Below, piece by piece: positions 36,401 through 50,053 of a stretch of DNA of 53,852 bases. The DNA is taken from the NCBI GenBank assembly GCA_910592345.1, contig CAJVPI010000103.1:1-53852 (forward strand). Direction: 5' to 3'. Within the stretch, counting starts at the first letter, position 1. Each line of letters starts with the position of its first letter. The DNA is from Paraglomus brasilianum (lineage: Eukaryota). The position numbers and the translations under genes are program-made. The notes below the pieces were generated by a model. It saw only the letters and a list, made by a program, of their open reading frames with translations. It had not been told where the DNA came from and searched no databases.

Positions 36401-39019
36401 CGACCGCGAGGAAATAGATTACGTGAGATATGTTCGATACGCTTATGCGTTGTGCTGAGAGATTCCGGACAGCGATATATGAATGTCCATAATAGACGAT
36501 TTATACAGTTCATAGCCATATTGCGATGTTTATCCTTGTTAAATAATATAAACGAGAAAATAGTGAATAAGAGAATCATGAATTGAACAAACAGTTTTCT
36601 CAACATAAACGTGTACTGGCTAATAGTATTGACAAAATGGACAAGATGTTTTACCTTGAATCTCGCTAAACAATGATCTACAATATTCGTCCAGTTATGA
36701 GAGAAAAAGTCTTTTTGTGATACACAGAGTAAGGTTGTTGCGAGAGGATATGAGATCTACCGTGAAGGAAATAGTTTGTTTATTCAGTAACGCTAAATAT
36801 ATATATATCTCTCTCTCGATCCTTCTCAACATTAGTTTTCTATTTACCTCTACACGCCGCTTATCTACCAATATCTTGTGCGTTTTCTTCCAAAGCAACT
36901 CAACTGCTCTGACCCAGGCTGGGAAATTCACCTCGGCATCTGCAACCTTTTGACGTACAAAAAGTAAAATGGTTGATATGAATAATCCCAAGACGAAAAG
37001 AATATCTGCGTGATATGTTGTATACAACTTTTAACTTACGCCTGCAAGCGGTAAGAGCAATTGCACAAACACTTTTGCATATGCTTGGACGATTCGATCG
37101 GCATTTGTCTGCCGGAGAGAGTCTGCCAAGTGTAGTAGGAATTCAGCCGTTTCGTCTAAAGCTTCCACAGGATATATCTGATTCGACGGGTAACACGGAT
37201 AAATTTACAGTAAGTATTTGTAACAAGGGGGGGGAAGGGACAATGATTCTGATAGTTTCTATCAGTAGCCTTCATTCCGTGATTATCCGGTCAATGACAA
37301 TAACTGTAATAATTATTATAGTGATAAATCTATTATCTAGACTTTAAGTTTACGTCATTGTCGTTCACTTTTACTATTTGCTTTTTCCTTTGTTACCTTT
37401 AATTTAAGAAATCGCATTCCATTTATTATATAACATATCCTGGATTCGTCCCTCACTGGGGCACGAGTCAATTCGCCTAGTTTTGCAATAAACCGGTCCG
37501 AAACCGTTGCGAATCGAATGTTTGACAGCGCTCCAATTAGTTCTGCAAACAAATCAGAGCTTGCTCTTCTACTTCGTGACCTCATTACATCATCCCTACC
37601 AGAAGATGGAAGAGAGAAAAAATATGAGTATTTAGAATGATAGTAAATCGATATCTCTACTATTACTGAATATTATTACTGCAACGTTCTTGCCATTAGA
37701 GTCGTTAATAGATTGTCTATTGAATCTGCCACATCATAATCTCCCTTACAACTTACGGTTCCATCCGGCATAGTTGAACGAATGCTATTTCTTCTAACCC
37801 AGTTCCATGTCCTTCTGGAAGTGCTTCTGGTTGTACTTGATTTACTATTTCGATGAGAGCTCGACATAATATGAATAATGTTGTTTGCTGTGAATATGAA
37901 GAAAGAAAATCGAAAATAAATATACAATAGTTTGTACAGTCAAAAGATATGTCAGAAGAGGATAATAATTTACAATTTTGCGGTCGTGAAGAATTCTATC
38001 CCGAGTCGTTGACAAACTGTTGCCGTTGCTAACAGGATAAAATAAAAGCAGAACGATATCACACGTGAGTTAGGATAATTGTCTTAATAACACCACAGAA
38101 TACTTGCTGTTATGTAATACTGTACAGACAGTATATATGCAAGTCTTTCTGCTCCCATGAACCTTTTTCCCTATCATCTATCAATCTCACTCTTTACTCT
38201 GTCCTCGCCAGCTCCTTTTCTATTTTCACTATACCCATTCTCTAATTACTCACGCAGCATGCATATTGTCCTTCCGCCATTGCATAAAAGAGTCCATGAT
38301 ATGGGTAGGTTTGTGTCTGGCAATATAACCCAACGAATTCAACAACTTATCGAATGCCGGATCTACACCCGGACCTACAATCCCGGACAAGTCTGGGTCA
38401 TGATCCTGCAAATAATTTAAGAGTTTGTTAATTACAACGTTAAAAAGAATGTGAAGAAAATGTTAAGAGGCAGAACAAAAACGTTGAAAAGCGCATTATG
38501 GTAAAGAGCAAACTTTAGAGTATAGAGTTCGCGGATAAATGATTGAAAGAAAAGGCAGGAACCGGGGAAAAAGCAAGGGTAAGCATGAGAGTATGCTTTA
38601 GGAATTTCGACCAAGAGAAGGTTTTCGTTATGAAATGTTGGATCCAGAATGTAATCGTGGTAAAAAAGAAATCCCGCGTAAAGAATGCTTGCAATATCGA
38701 GTGTTCTTTTCTCACAAAACACTCTACATTTTCAGGGATTTCCCCAATCTAATGAATTCCCGTCCCTTCTCTGCTCGTGGGTGCAATCTCATACTCTATG
38801 ATTACTTTCAAATCTATCTAGCATAACCCGATTCTTTCTCTCAATTTTGCACTCTCTCTGGTTCGTTTGCTTTTATACTGTCACCCTCTCACGTTCAAGA
38901 CAAGCACATACCAGGGTATACCCCATAATATTACTCAACTTCCTCTCAGCGGTTACGGTGAAATGTGTGAATAGTATGTGGAAGGCATAGTCGGCGGGAG
39001 TCTTTGGATCGAGTGCCAT
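30451..39019 (-). CDS. TAO3: Cell morphogenesis protein TAO3/PAG1/Mor2 (Furry family, RAM/MOR network scaffold)
   Basis: Small 5' exons give KTPADYAFHILF, GVDPAFDKLLNSLGYIARHKP, LFILCRALIEI, RFATVSDRFI, GMRFLKLKIYP and AEVNFPAW, followed by one exon 36534-30451 with WGEIALKWATNCTVRHVARRSFQIFRAL. The start is uncertain: an acceptor at 39050 suggests a further 5' exon. Confidence 0.9.
30503..30556. repeat. (GAGAAT)n hexanucleotide microsatellite encoding an (HS)n tract in the TAO3 C-terminus
   Basis: Tandem GAGAAT units; the minus strand reads HSHSHSHS. Confidence 0.9.
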
Positions 39020-41482
39020 AGGGAGTCTATTCACTAGTTCATGAAGTATCTATAGTAAGAATTATAGTTATCTCTACACTTTATAAAGGAATGAGATCGC
39101 TGGGCTGACTACTGGTTGAATTTTTGAACTTTAGATGCTACCATGTGTAGAAACGATTGGTTGGATTGTTTGTGCTATTCACATGCTGCACATGTGTTCA
39201 TTTCATACACAAATGAGTGACAAAACATTGAAGAAAGGTTTTGGCCATGAATGACTTGGTTTATTCAATGCCACCATACCAAAACAAGCAATTTCAGCTA
39301 GGTTCTGTTCTGAGATTAAAATATACAATGTTCTATATCCCCAAATTTATTGATAATTCGGGCATTGTAAATAAGGGATTCTAATACTATGTAAATCTCG
39401 GCAAAAGTCTTTGTCATTAGAAACAAAGGATGTTAAACTTACTCGCGTGCAGTCTCCAGTAGACTAATATCTAAAAAGACAGGACGAGAGATGTTTTCCG
39501 CGATAGCTAACCAAACTCGCACATCGTTGCGTCGAAATGCAGGAGTCAACAGCATGCTTTGCAAATTCTAACCTTGCAAGTATTGTCAGAACTGGATTAC
39601 AAATTGGTTTTTCCATCTGCGTGCTGCTCGTGATCTGTGACAATATATAAGGTTCATAATAACACGTTCGTGCAGGCTATTTAGATTAAGACTATGGGTC
39701 ATCGAAAGGATTGAGAACTGCGGCTTCAGCCACAGAGCTATTCTACTTAGCGATGGCAGTTACTGAATGTCATCTGATCGGTGAACACACAAGCTTATTA
39801 CCAAACCAACCGGAAAAAATAAAAACTGGGGACATTCAATATTTATCTGAAGCCATGAATGAAAAGTTGAATGTTAATTTAGAATAGTGCAGATGAAACG
39901 AAGTAAATACTTATTATGGAATTGTCCTGACAAACTTGCACGAATTTTATGACCGAAATAAGTTTTCCCGTCTATAATCTATATAGTTTCCTATAAACAT
40001 TTAACTACGTTTACAAGGCTTATTTAGCATTAGTAAACGTCGATTGCGCATTCGTGTCTTTCTAGTATGACTGATTATTACATATTTATGGCCTGCATGC
40101 GTTCCTAATACACAAAACCGCTAACAATGCTTTACTATATTGTGCCACAAAGTCCCTGGACGAATTAAAAATCACACAGCTCGGTCAATTTAAACCCAAA
40201 CAGGGTTTAAATAAATCAAGTGTATTTCCCATTATTTACTACTCTCTTCTCGTTTACAGTTCAGGCAAATGAAATAAAGTTTCAACATGAAGACTACGCA
40301 GAACCAATTGTTTAAATGAAAATTGAGATGCTGGGAATTCAACGTAGAACGGCAATAAAGTAGACCTTCTATCAACAAAATCGCCTTGAAAACATTACGC
40401 TCAAGTTTCCCGTAAGAGAGTGTATTAGACGGACTAGTAAAAAATTGCAAGTGTCAAGTTAGTAAGTACGACAAACTTGCGTTTTTTCCCTCTGGAGTAC
40501 AAGCTTTGTTACTATTGTCTTCGTATGGTTGACATTATTTCTCGAATTCATACACATAGTCAACTGAGAGCAATTCTATCCAACAAGACTCCGTTTTGCT
40601 GTTAGTATGGGAATACCGTTAGGCCTATTATTGGCTTTATTGACAGTTGTTGTAGTGACTATCAAGTTGAGGTTTATAGTTCATACCAGTTAATTTGGTG
40701 AGATAGTTATCGGTAAGCTGTCGAAGTAACGTAAATCCATTCACTCTTCGACAAAGTCATCACAATAGTATATGTAAAATTCGGTATCTCTGCGTATTGC
40801 CCTTTTATAGTGAAATTTGTCATGGCGCTATTCGCTGGCATTACATCTATAGCTACCGCTTAGGCTTTGAATGAACTTTTATATTCAAGCACTAAAATTT
40901 CTCGGATGTTAAGAATAGAAATAACCAATTAAAGATCGTTGCCATATAATATGCACATACGCTTTCATCAAGACATCCATGCAATAATTGAGTCCGTCTA
41001 TAGGCATTAAACAACCAAGTCCTTACATTATGCAGGCAAATGGTAGATTTAGTCTCGATTCTTGATGCATGGCTCTTTTCATAAATATCAACGTTCGTAA
41101 ACTCGTCTTGCAATTGACGTAATTACAGTAATTACAAAATTACACATTATAATTACGCTTGAAAGCGGATTTTATTAGTATGGAACGTTACTTTCTACAT
41201 CGGCATTTCATTGATCGTACTAACCAATTATAATTAGGGTTAGTTGTGGAATATTATCCCCACATTTCTTCTAACATCATTACAGAGATTCTCTGTTGGA
41301 TTTGAGTCAAGACGTTAGAAGGGCCAGTCTATAGCTTTAGGCATGTCATCCCAGTTTTTAGTGGCGGCTAGTATGTTTTAGGCCATTGTCTTGTTAAAAC
41401 GCTATACATAAAATTGTTGCCCATTATTTTGGGAAAACAGTATAAAATTATCTTATCCCTTATGCAGAATCCTTTAACATAA

Positions 41483-41505
41483 GGTTAGGGTTAGGGTTAG
41501 GGTTA
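41483..41505 (+). repeat. Interstitial telomere-like repeat (TTAGGG)3
   Basis: GGTTAGGGTTAGGGTTAGGGTTA; a further TTAGGGTTAG at 41234-41243. Confidence 0.7.
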
Positions 41506-43212
41506 ACGGTTCCAGATTGTTCGAGTGTTTTAATGTTACCATAAACCATACTGTGGGAATAACCTTGCGTTTATGAATTTCCGAATGCTTTGGTCCTACA
41601 ATTGTTGTCTGCAAGTCATCAAAGAATGTTAAGAAATATTGCTAGTGCAAAATACCTATAAACAAGCAGTTATAAATCCGTTATCTGACAATCATTTTAC
41701 ATTTTACATTGTTTTTAAATCGATCTTAAATTGGTAGAGATATGCACGATTGAATGTTACAGCAAAAATTACGGATCTTTTTGTCCCACACTGTACGTCG
41801 CTTAGTCAATGATTGTATCTCATCCGTTAGCGAATGAAATGACGTTCATTAATTGCAGTAATAGTCTTACCGGCAGATCTATGCTCTAATCAATACGCCT
41901 TTCAAGCTTTTATTAATTGTCTATGACGGTGTGTTTTTTTAGTAAACATCAATACTCTCAAACCATTCAGAGATAGATTATTTTCAATCTCTGTGTTTTC
42001 ACCAAGAGGATTTTTTATATGGCACATGCCTTTTTGCTGCTCATATAGGTATCATGTGATAGTTCGGCTGATAATCTCTTGCTTTGAGTCATGTGATGTG
42101 TCAAGTTAGAAATTAAGAAATAGAATTTGTCCAATATAAGCAAATAAATTAATTAATTAAAAGACAGCAAGAATGTTTGAGAGTAATGACGTCAGTGATG
42201 TTACTATGTTTACATGATCACTATTACATATTAATCAGCGAAATCCTGCTGATCAAACCCAAATTCGTTTATTGACTAATGAATGAGAATACCCATGCTC
42301 TATTGTAAGCGTCACGTTAAATTGTTACTCAGAATGAAAATTATTCAACAGCAAGGATTCACACACTGGGTTACTCTAACAAATAAAAAATTCGTGTTGC
42401 TACCTAAACACATGTGAAAATATAATTTTTACTGGATTGCGCTTTTGGTTTTTGATAAATGGTCTGTCGTTTTGTTCTGTTTTTTTGATAAATTTGGCAA
42501 CCCGTTCCTGTTCCGATGGTTTTGACCTTTGCAGATCACAAGCTACCGATTTGAACTACTATCGCAGGGTTTATCGTCACGGCAATTAGATGGGAGAATT
42601 ACTCTGTTATTGATGGCAATGTGTTTGATATTATTATGACTTTCTTGCAAACGACTTACAAAGTATAAATTATTGACAGTTTTACGATAAACTGTTGCGA
42701 TACAAATAATTTAAACGTTTGCCTCATAATAGATTGGAATGTGTGGATGCAAAAATCATTTCGTTTTGTAGACATGAATAAACACGGGAAACTCAGCAAT
42801 GGCTGCTGCTGTCAGAATCCAAGCTTGCTATTTCACACATCTTCTTTCGTTCACATTTGTCTATTTTATCGACTATCTAACTACTATAAATGAGTATGCA
42901 TACTCTTTCTATTCGATTGTTAATTACTCTCTCAACGAATATACCATATGATAATCTGCAAGTACTCCGGGTTATTACCAAAAATGCATATTTGTTAGAA
43001 TAATGGTTTGAAAATAATGATGCCTAGATATCTATTACGAAAGTATAAATAAAAGCTTAGGGACTTTTGCTGCCCCATGCCGACATTTGTGTTATATATA
43101 ATCCATACCGCATCTACATTAATCGTTCCTTTGTGATTACCGGGTGCTTTAATAAACGTGACTCGTTTGTTCTTCAGCAGAGACTAGCAATAGGTAGAGA
43201 CCCTATTAAATT

Positions 43213-43715
43213 ATGCCCCCCGAACGCATTCCGTCGTCAAATCGCAAAATACGAGAACTTACTCGCGAACATAAAGATAACAGCAATGACGATGGACAGG
43301 ATTCTTCCTATGCGTACGAAGATGAATTTCCGAGGAGCTCGCTCTTGCTTACTGACGAAATGGATAGCACACTCGAAGCTGGCGGAAAAAGTGAAGAATA
43401 TGAAAAAATGTATAAAAGAATGAAGCTGTTGATCAGAATAGAGGAACAGGTGGGTCAAGCAAGTATCCGAGATGGAGTGAGGTAGGTAATTATAATCGAA
43501 ATTGATAGTAATTCGCTTGTAGGAGATGGCCAACATAGCAAAGGAGATCAGCAAATGGAGGAAATTTGAGATTGCGATGCTAAAGGAGCGCCGGTAAGTT
43601 ATCCATTGGAGTTGGCTTGATGGTTTTTATTCGACACGCTGCTCAACACGTTTGGTCTTACTCGCTGTTACTGTCGTTCAGACTACTGAAAAAGCATCTT
43701 AGGGAATTTAATTGA
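43213..43715 (+). CDS. Small hypothetical coiled-coil protein (5' exons may be missing)
   Basis: Exons 43213-43449, about 43522-43592 and 43682-43715 join in frame via GT-AG introns: ...YKRMKLLIRIEEQ-EMANIAKEISKWRKFEIAMLKER-RLLKKHLREFN*. Confidence 0.5.
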
Positions 43716-45915
43716 TCGTTGTAAACCAGTGACGGTACTTATGTGGGATTATATGTATATAATATTATAGACAAAAACTTCATATTAAGAATCACCATTA
43801 GACAATAAGAATGTGTATATAATAACGATGTTACAACAAATATATAATTGATAAATAAGCTGCGACCAACCAAAATAATATGATAGATATCTAATTATGG
43901 TGGGATGTCATTTACAAGGGTTTATTTTTTGATCGTCTGTATCACGCAGAATTTCAATCACGGACAGTTGTAAAATCACATTGTTTGGCACATGATTGTA
44001 GATTTGAAGACAGGGGAAGATGGCGTATACTGTATTTGTATTTCGTAAATCCGATTATTATTGCTTATGTCATGGTACCTTCTTACTGCCAAGGAACGTG
44101 CATCCTTGTGATTTCAACTAATAGCTAAACGTGTTCAATTTGCGATAATTCGTTATATTGTGTTGTCTCGTTAGATGTTAATACTGGTTGCCATCGATTA
44201 TTCCTAAAGACTAATTCGTATAATAACGTATTATTTATTGATAAGTCTGTGATGATAATTTTTACCAGTATCATTGGTAAAAAAGAAAAACAAAAGAGTT
44301 TTTTAACAACGTAGGGTCGTGACATCTTTATCTTACAGAAAAAGAAAGTCGAGCCTTTCCTCTTTAGTCAAGAGAGACGAAGAAGCGAATTATTATCGAG
44401 ATCGGTTCGAGTGTACGTTGCTAGTGAAACGTTGAATAAGAGACAGTAATGGAAAATGTTGTATGCGCTCACACCCGCCATTGTGTCCCCTATTATCCCT
44501 TAGACTGTTTTCAGTACAAATTGTACCGAATTCTGATTCATTAACTGAATCGCTTTATATCTCCGTAGTTATTGTTGTATATGGTCATGTGACATTCAAA
44601 TTTTACAATCCATCCGATCGTAATGGTAATACTACGTACGTAATAGATAGCCTATAAAAAGATGTCTCAAATCGGCCTTGTCTTTGGCATAGTAATAAAG
44701 TAAATTTAAAATAAATAAATTATTCAACACTTTAATTTGCATATACATTACTTGTCGCAGAAACATTCGTAAAGACTAGAATCTGGAATAACACCTAATG
44801 GAGTGCCTAAATCCATTACTCACCAGTTTGATGAGATCTTTGACTCGTTAGATTTGAAAAAACAATAACATCTAATAATTAATAATAGAGTGATTCTAAC
44901 ATAGTCTTAATAGGGTAAGTTTTACATAAAAATTCTTGTAGAAATGTTTTAACATTTTTAAAATTAAGGAAGGGCAAAAAAAATGATATTACGCATTTTC
45001 TGTTCATGCGCGTAAACGTGCAGTACCAAGTATGTCGATTATCCAGTCGTATGGCACAACCCGAATATCTGTAAAGCAAAAATCTAAAGTAGTCAAAAAT
45101 CGTCATCAACCAATTATTAACTGTCATTACAATCTGGATAGTTGAAAGAGGAAATTGCGCGATCAACCATTGCGTTCCACCCGAAATGCGCCCATTTTGA
45201 AATAATATAAGCACTAGACACTACAATTATTCATTACAATGTACTACACTTGTATTAATAACGACAATATGTCTTAACAGTAGAGAATAAGAATATTTTG
45301 CCAGTTGAGATTTTTGGTTGCCTGGGAGCGCATTATAAATATCGTTAAGACTATACGTAGACCATCGTAATTTGCTACCTCGTCCGCGCATACGCGCTCG
45401 GACACGTATGTACAGAATTAGCTTCACGATGATGTTTTGGGCGTGTAAGGAATTAAATATCTAAACCCATCCATTAAAGATGAATAGTTGCTGAAAATTT
45501 CAATAACAATAATATTTCATTACATCACGTGCCACTCGATTAATTTACAATAAATCTCACACTGTAAAATCAATATTGTGTTCTTTTTTGTAGGAGCTGC
45601 AAGACATTTTATGTGAGGGGAAGTACGGTAATTATGCAATTTTTGATTGTTAATCACATGATGTAGACGTGACTATAGAGGTATGGCTATATACTAGACA
45701 TTAGACCAGAAATTTCACGCAAAAGAATATAATCGATTACATAAATTATGTAGATTTTATATTTACATAATTACTTACTTAAGCAGGGACTACTATTAAT
45801 ACAATGCTATTATTATTAAAAATAACAACAATTAATTAATTACTCTATTCATCGCTTCTTCCATCACAGTCACTGACATAGCCTCCTTCTACCCTTTTCA
45901 TCCTCACCAACTTCA

Positions 45916-47510
45916 TTAATCTTCTCCAATAATAAACTCCTGACCAATACTACTATTAGGATCATCGATCGGTGACTCTGCAACCACAATATCGTACTTC
46001 CTTTCGTCTTCCTTATAATCGTCTTCATGAGTAACGTCCGGCGGAGTCCTTGAAATGGAATACTCGGAAATTTTGCGAAGACTAGCAGCTGCAGTATTTG
46101 TCGCATTTGTTGTTGGCCGAGTGGTTGGTGATGCAAGTTTATCATTGAACGTGTGCACAGTCTCATATGTTCTACGGCGGGCATTTCGAAGCCTTAAGGG
46201 CAAATAAATGGAGAGTCAAGCAGGTAGTGTAGAAAATTTGAGAAATGCCAAGGAAAAAGAAAGAGGGGGACGCTTTAGATTACTTAAGCATTTATAAACC
46301 TACTATATTAATTATATTATACCACACTATTGGTATCCTCGATCGATCATTACAAACGCATACGATCAAACGGGTTTAATTACTTACGCCTCAGAATGGG
46401 CTAGATTAGAAATTCCTTTACTCAAATTTCCCCACGCTTTAGCGGTAAGATCATATGTCTTTTGTCGTGTCTGCTTGAATCTGGCGAGAGAAAGCATAAT
46501 TAAATCATGAGAACATAATACACGCATTAAACCACCTTTCGAGAAAATTCGATATGCATACCGCTCAGAATCCGTTACTTCTATGACAGCCGAGCGTATA
46601 TTAGATAAAGTTTCGCGTCTCCTAAAGAAATTCCGCGAATCAATCGGTTACTCTTACGACGAAAAGGCCACTGAAAAAATAGGTTTGTGTCCCAGCCTTT
46701 TAAAAATATTTATCATACTCCTGAACAACCCAAAGTCTATAATTCTCTATACATTCTATTTCCAATTCCAATCACACGCTCTCCTCCTACCTTTCTTTCT
46801 CGGCACCGCCTCCAAATATCCCCTTGAACCCATTTCCGACTCCGTTCCCCAAACCGAACGCAATGCCCTTTTTCCCTCCGACAGTCTCGTCTCCACGTTC
46901 CTTCGCATTTTCTCTCTTCTTCCCGTCATCCTCGTCCTCATCACCAGATATATCAGACCCAAGCGAGAACATATCATCGATATCGGAAGAAGCTCTATTA
47001 TCGATATCATTCTCTTCGAGCGTTATTGTTTCCCATTGTTCTTTTAGAAGGTTTAATTCCTCTTCTTGACGAGCAAGTTCTTCCTTGAGTTCGAGAATTC
47101 GGCGTTCCTTGCGAGCGATAAACTGAAGAAGTTCTTCTTGTTGTTCGACTCTTGTTGCTGGCGTTACGCGTAAGTGTTTTATTGCTAATTCCGTGTGAAT
47201 CTAAGATGTAGAAAGAGCGAGGGAAGGAATGTAAAGATATGTGTGTAAAACGGTTGAATTCAAAACTCATTGTCGGTGCGTCTGATGCAGTGTGTATTTT
47301 AGTCAAGCTGCTAACTCCCGCCCGGTGCAGTGCGTAAAGTTGTCCCTAGTGAGCTTGCAATAATCGAACAATCGGTGCGAAAGTGAAATTTGCTCCATTA
47401 TTTTTACCAACCTTGATCTCGTCGTCTTCATTTTCTGTAGTCTTCCTAGTAGTCTCAACGCTATCATTGGTCTTTTCTTCTATCTCTGGCTCTATTGATT
47501 CCTGTAACAT
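45916..47510 (-). CDS. DUF4048/Tda11-like coiled-coil protein
   Basis: Five probable exons. LLQFIARKERRILELKEELARQEEELNLLKEQW matches the fungal DUF4048 motif ERRVLELKEEL..AE..L..LK.QW. Confidence 0.6.
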
Positions 47511-50053
47511 TTTTCCTATCTCCTCGTAAATGCTCTGTTGCAATAAGAGAAGCAATGTGGGGAGACCATTTTAGGCGGTCGGACAATAAACTATTGTGCG
47601 ACTACGTTAAATACTTATCTTCCGAATCACATGGTTAACAAGGTACACGATAAGATAAGGTAAGTATAAGGTTCAATGACTTTTATTCCGAAAGACAATG
47701 CCGCGATGGAAAACGAAATTGACCATTGATAAGCCTGTCGTAAAAATTATGCTGAATTCATTGATTACCAAGTCCCGGACGATAAACGAATTACTCAGTC
47801 GCTTATTTTATTTCTCTGTTTTTAACGCAGAAAACGAGTTATAAGGCGATCGAAAAGACAACATTTTAAGCAAGATGTATTCGCAAGTGCGATGTTTGTC
47901 TTAAAATGCAAAACCCAAATTAGAACCATCTAATACTAAATACAAATTGGCAAAAAAGCAAGAAATTGGTAGATGAGCATTTTATGACAAGAGTAAGCTG
48001 ATAATTATTGTTAGAGTTGACGCTATGCCCTGCTCGTTACAGTCCGATCAACATCTATTATTCATGTCTTAGTCTGAGTGAAATGCATTTAGTATTAGCA
48101 CGCTAGCAAATTAATTGCGTTCTTGGTGAAAAGTTCTAATAGCGGCAACTTACAGGAATAAAGAAATTGGATAAAGACAAACATTTAAAGATTTGCCGAT
48201 AATGCGGTAGCCATATTGGCCGTCTACGGTCATCATGAAAGCATTGAGTTATACATAGTAAATACGGTAGTTTTGGGTTAATTAAAAAAATTATAGTTCT
48301 GTGGATTAAAAAAAAAGCTCATTGCTGTGAGGACGGTCAAGACTTTCAATACTTAATATTAATTCTGTTTGGAAAGTTCCTCAAAGAGATTGGATATCTT
48401 GCACAAATTACAAGCATTTTCCTTTCGAAGCAGCTAGTCGAGGAACTGTCAAATCACAGACGGTAGTTAATGGGTATTTTTATGAAAAAGTTACATATTC
48501 ATTCATTTTAACATTAATACCAACTTGACAGGAATAATATTGTTGTACTGAAATAATAAAACAAGCTAGAATCTTTTTATACATTAAAAAAAAAAGAACG
48601 ACTAACAAATGAACGTGTTAACAAAAAGGGAAATAAAGCATTAGCATTAGAGAATTAAGGAAGACGAAAAGTTCAGAATGAGAAAAATCTTTTATGGGAT
48701 ATTGTATTATAAGGCTAGGGACCTTTTAATTATACTAGAAAAAAGATAGTTCACATTTCGTAACAGTTACTGGTTGTTTGTCTATCACGAAAAATCGGTA
48801 TTTCAAATACGCCAGGTCTAGATCTTTAATGATTACTACTATTCAGTTGTGGAACTTCCAAAGGCAACATAGCTGACTTTTGATACTATAAAAATATATG
48901 AAAAAACGTGTACTACATAATGCAAGTCGATGACATAAACATTTGATTTGCATGGAGTTTGGTTCTAGACCATGACCGTAGACAATATATAAACAAACAC
49001 GCATGCGTATTTACCGAAACTTCTTTTACGACTTGCGTGCTAAGAAGGAATAAATCAGAGGTAGTAGAAGGTTTTCAAGGTGAACAAACAACGCAAACGC
49101 ATGTAGAGAGATAATCTGGCGTAAGTTATATATAATCTCTCACCATATACTGTTTGCAGGCGAAGACTTTGTGACTCGGGGATAGAGTAAACGCAACTAT
49201 TGAAGATTTGGTTTCTATTAATTCTATCGCTTTTAATCACTTTCAGGTGTCAATTTTCATTCAGTCACAGACTGCTTTCGAAAAGATAAGAATGGTGCTA
49301 ATGCGACATCCTTCCTGTAAGTTACATGACATTATTTCTAATATGCGTGGAGATATAAATTTTTGAAAAGATTATATAACTACTGTAGTTTCATCCATCT
49401 ATTCAACAAAATCATACGGTAATAAGCAGCTGTTTCAGTACTTCCTGTTTCGACGTTAATACATGGACAATTCTCAGCATGGTAAACGCCTCGAACGTTG
49501 CTTTGTGACACCCTGAACCGTCAAAAATTCAAAGTCGGTCATTCAGTTGATAGAGGTTGGTAACGATATGAATATGTATAATATCAGAAAAAATTATTTT
49601 CTTTTTTAAAAAGGAAGGCATACCTTTGTACGCATCCTGATAACCTTTTTTATATAATTCTTATAACATACTTTTGGCATGAATTAAAATAATGCTACAT
49701 TGTTACTAACAGGGATGATTAACAACTGGAAAAAGTATTCATACTAATACACGCAAGCGTCTTATTGAAAGTAAGTCTTAAAATTTCTTCACCTGATCTA
49801 ATTAACCAGTTCCTATTTATCGAATAAATTAAAGTTTCGATTTTCTTAACTTTTTGGTAGTCTTTTCGCAAAGAAGAAGGTAAAATTCTTTTCCTATGCG
49901 ATTATTAAACAAAACTTATGAAAATAATAAATTTCTACATATAATTAAATAGGTGTCATATCAACAAATCCTCTTAAAGTGGTGGATTGTATATCCTTTC
50001 TGACCATACATACAACAAACAACCAGAGTACAAACAGATATCCAATGCATCAC

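Noticed and set aside
36535..36606. Hydrophobic N-terminus of the 2051-aa ORF as a signal peptide
   Set aside because: It is translated intron sequence upstream of the acceptor at 36535.
44404..44412. GGTTCGAGT B-box-like motif
   Set aside because: No cloverleaf or A-box context; not a tRNA.
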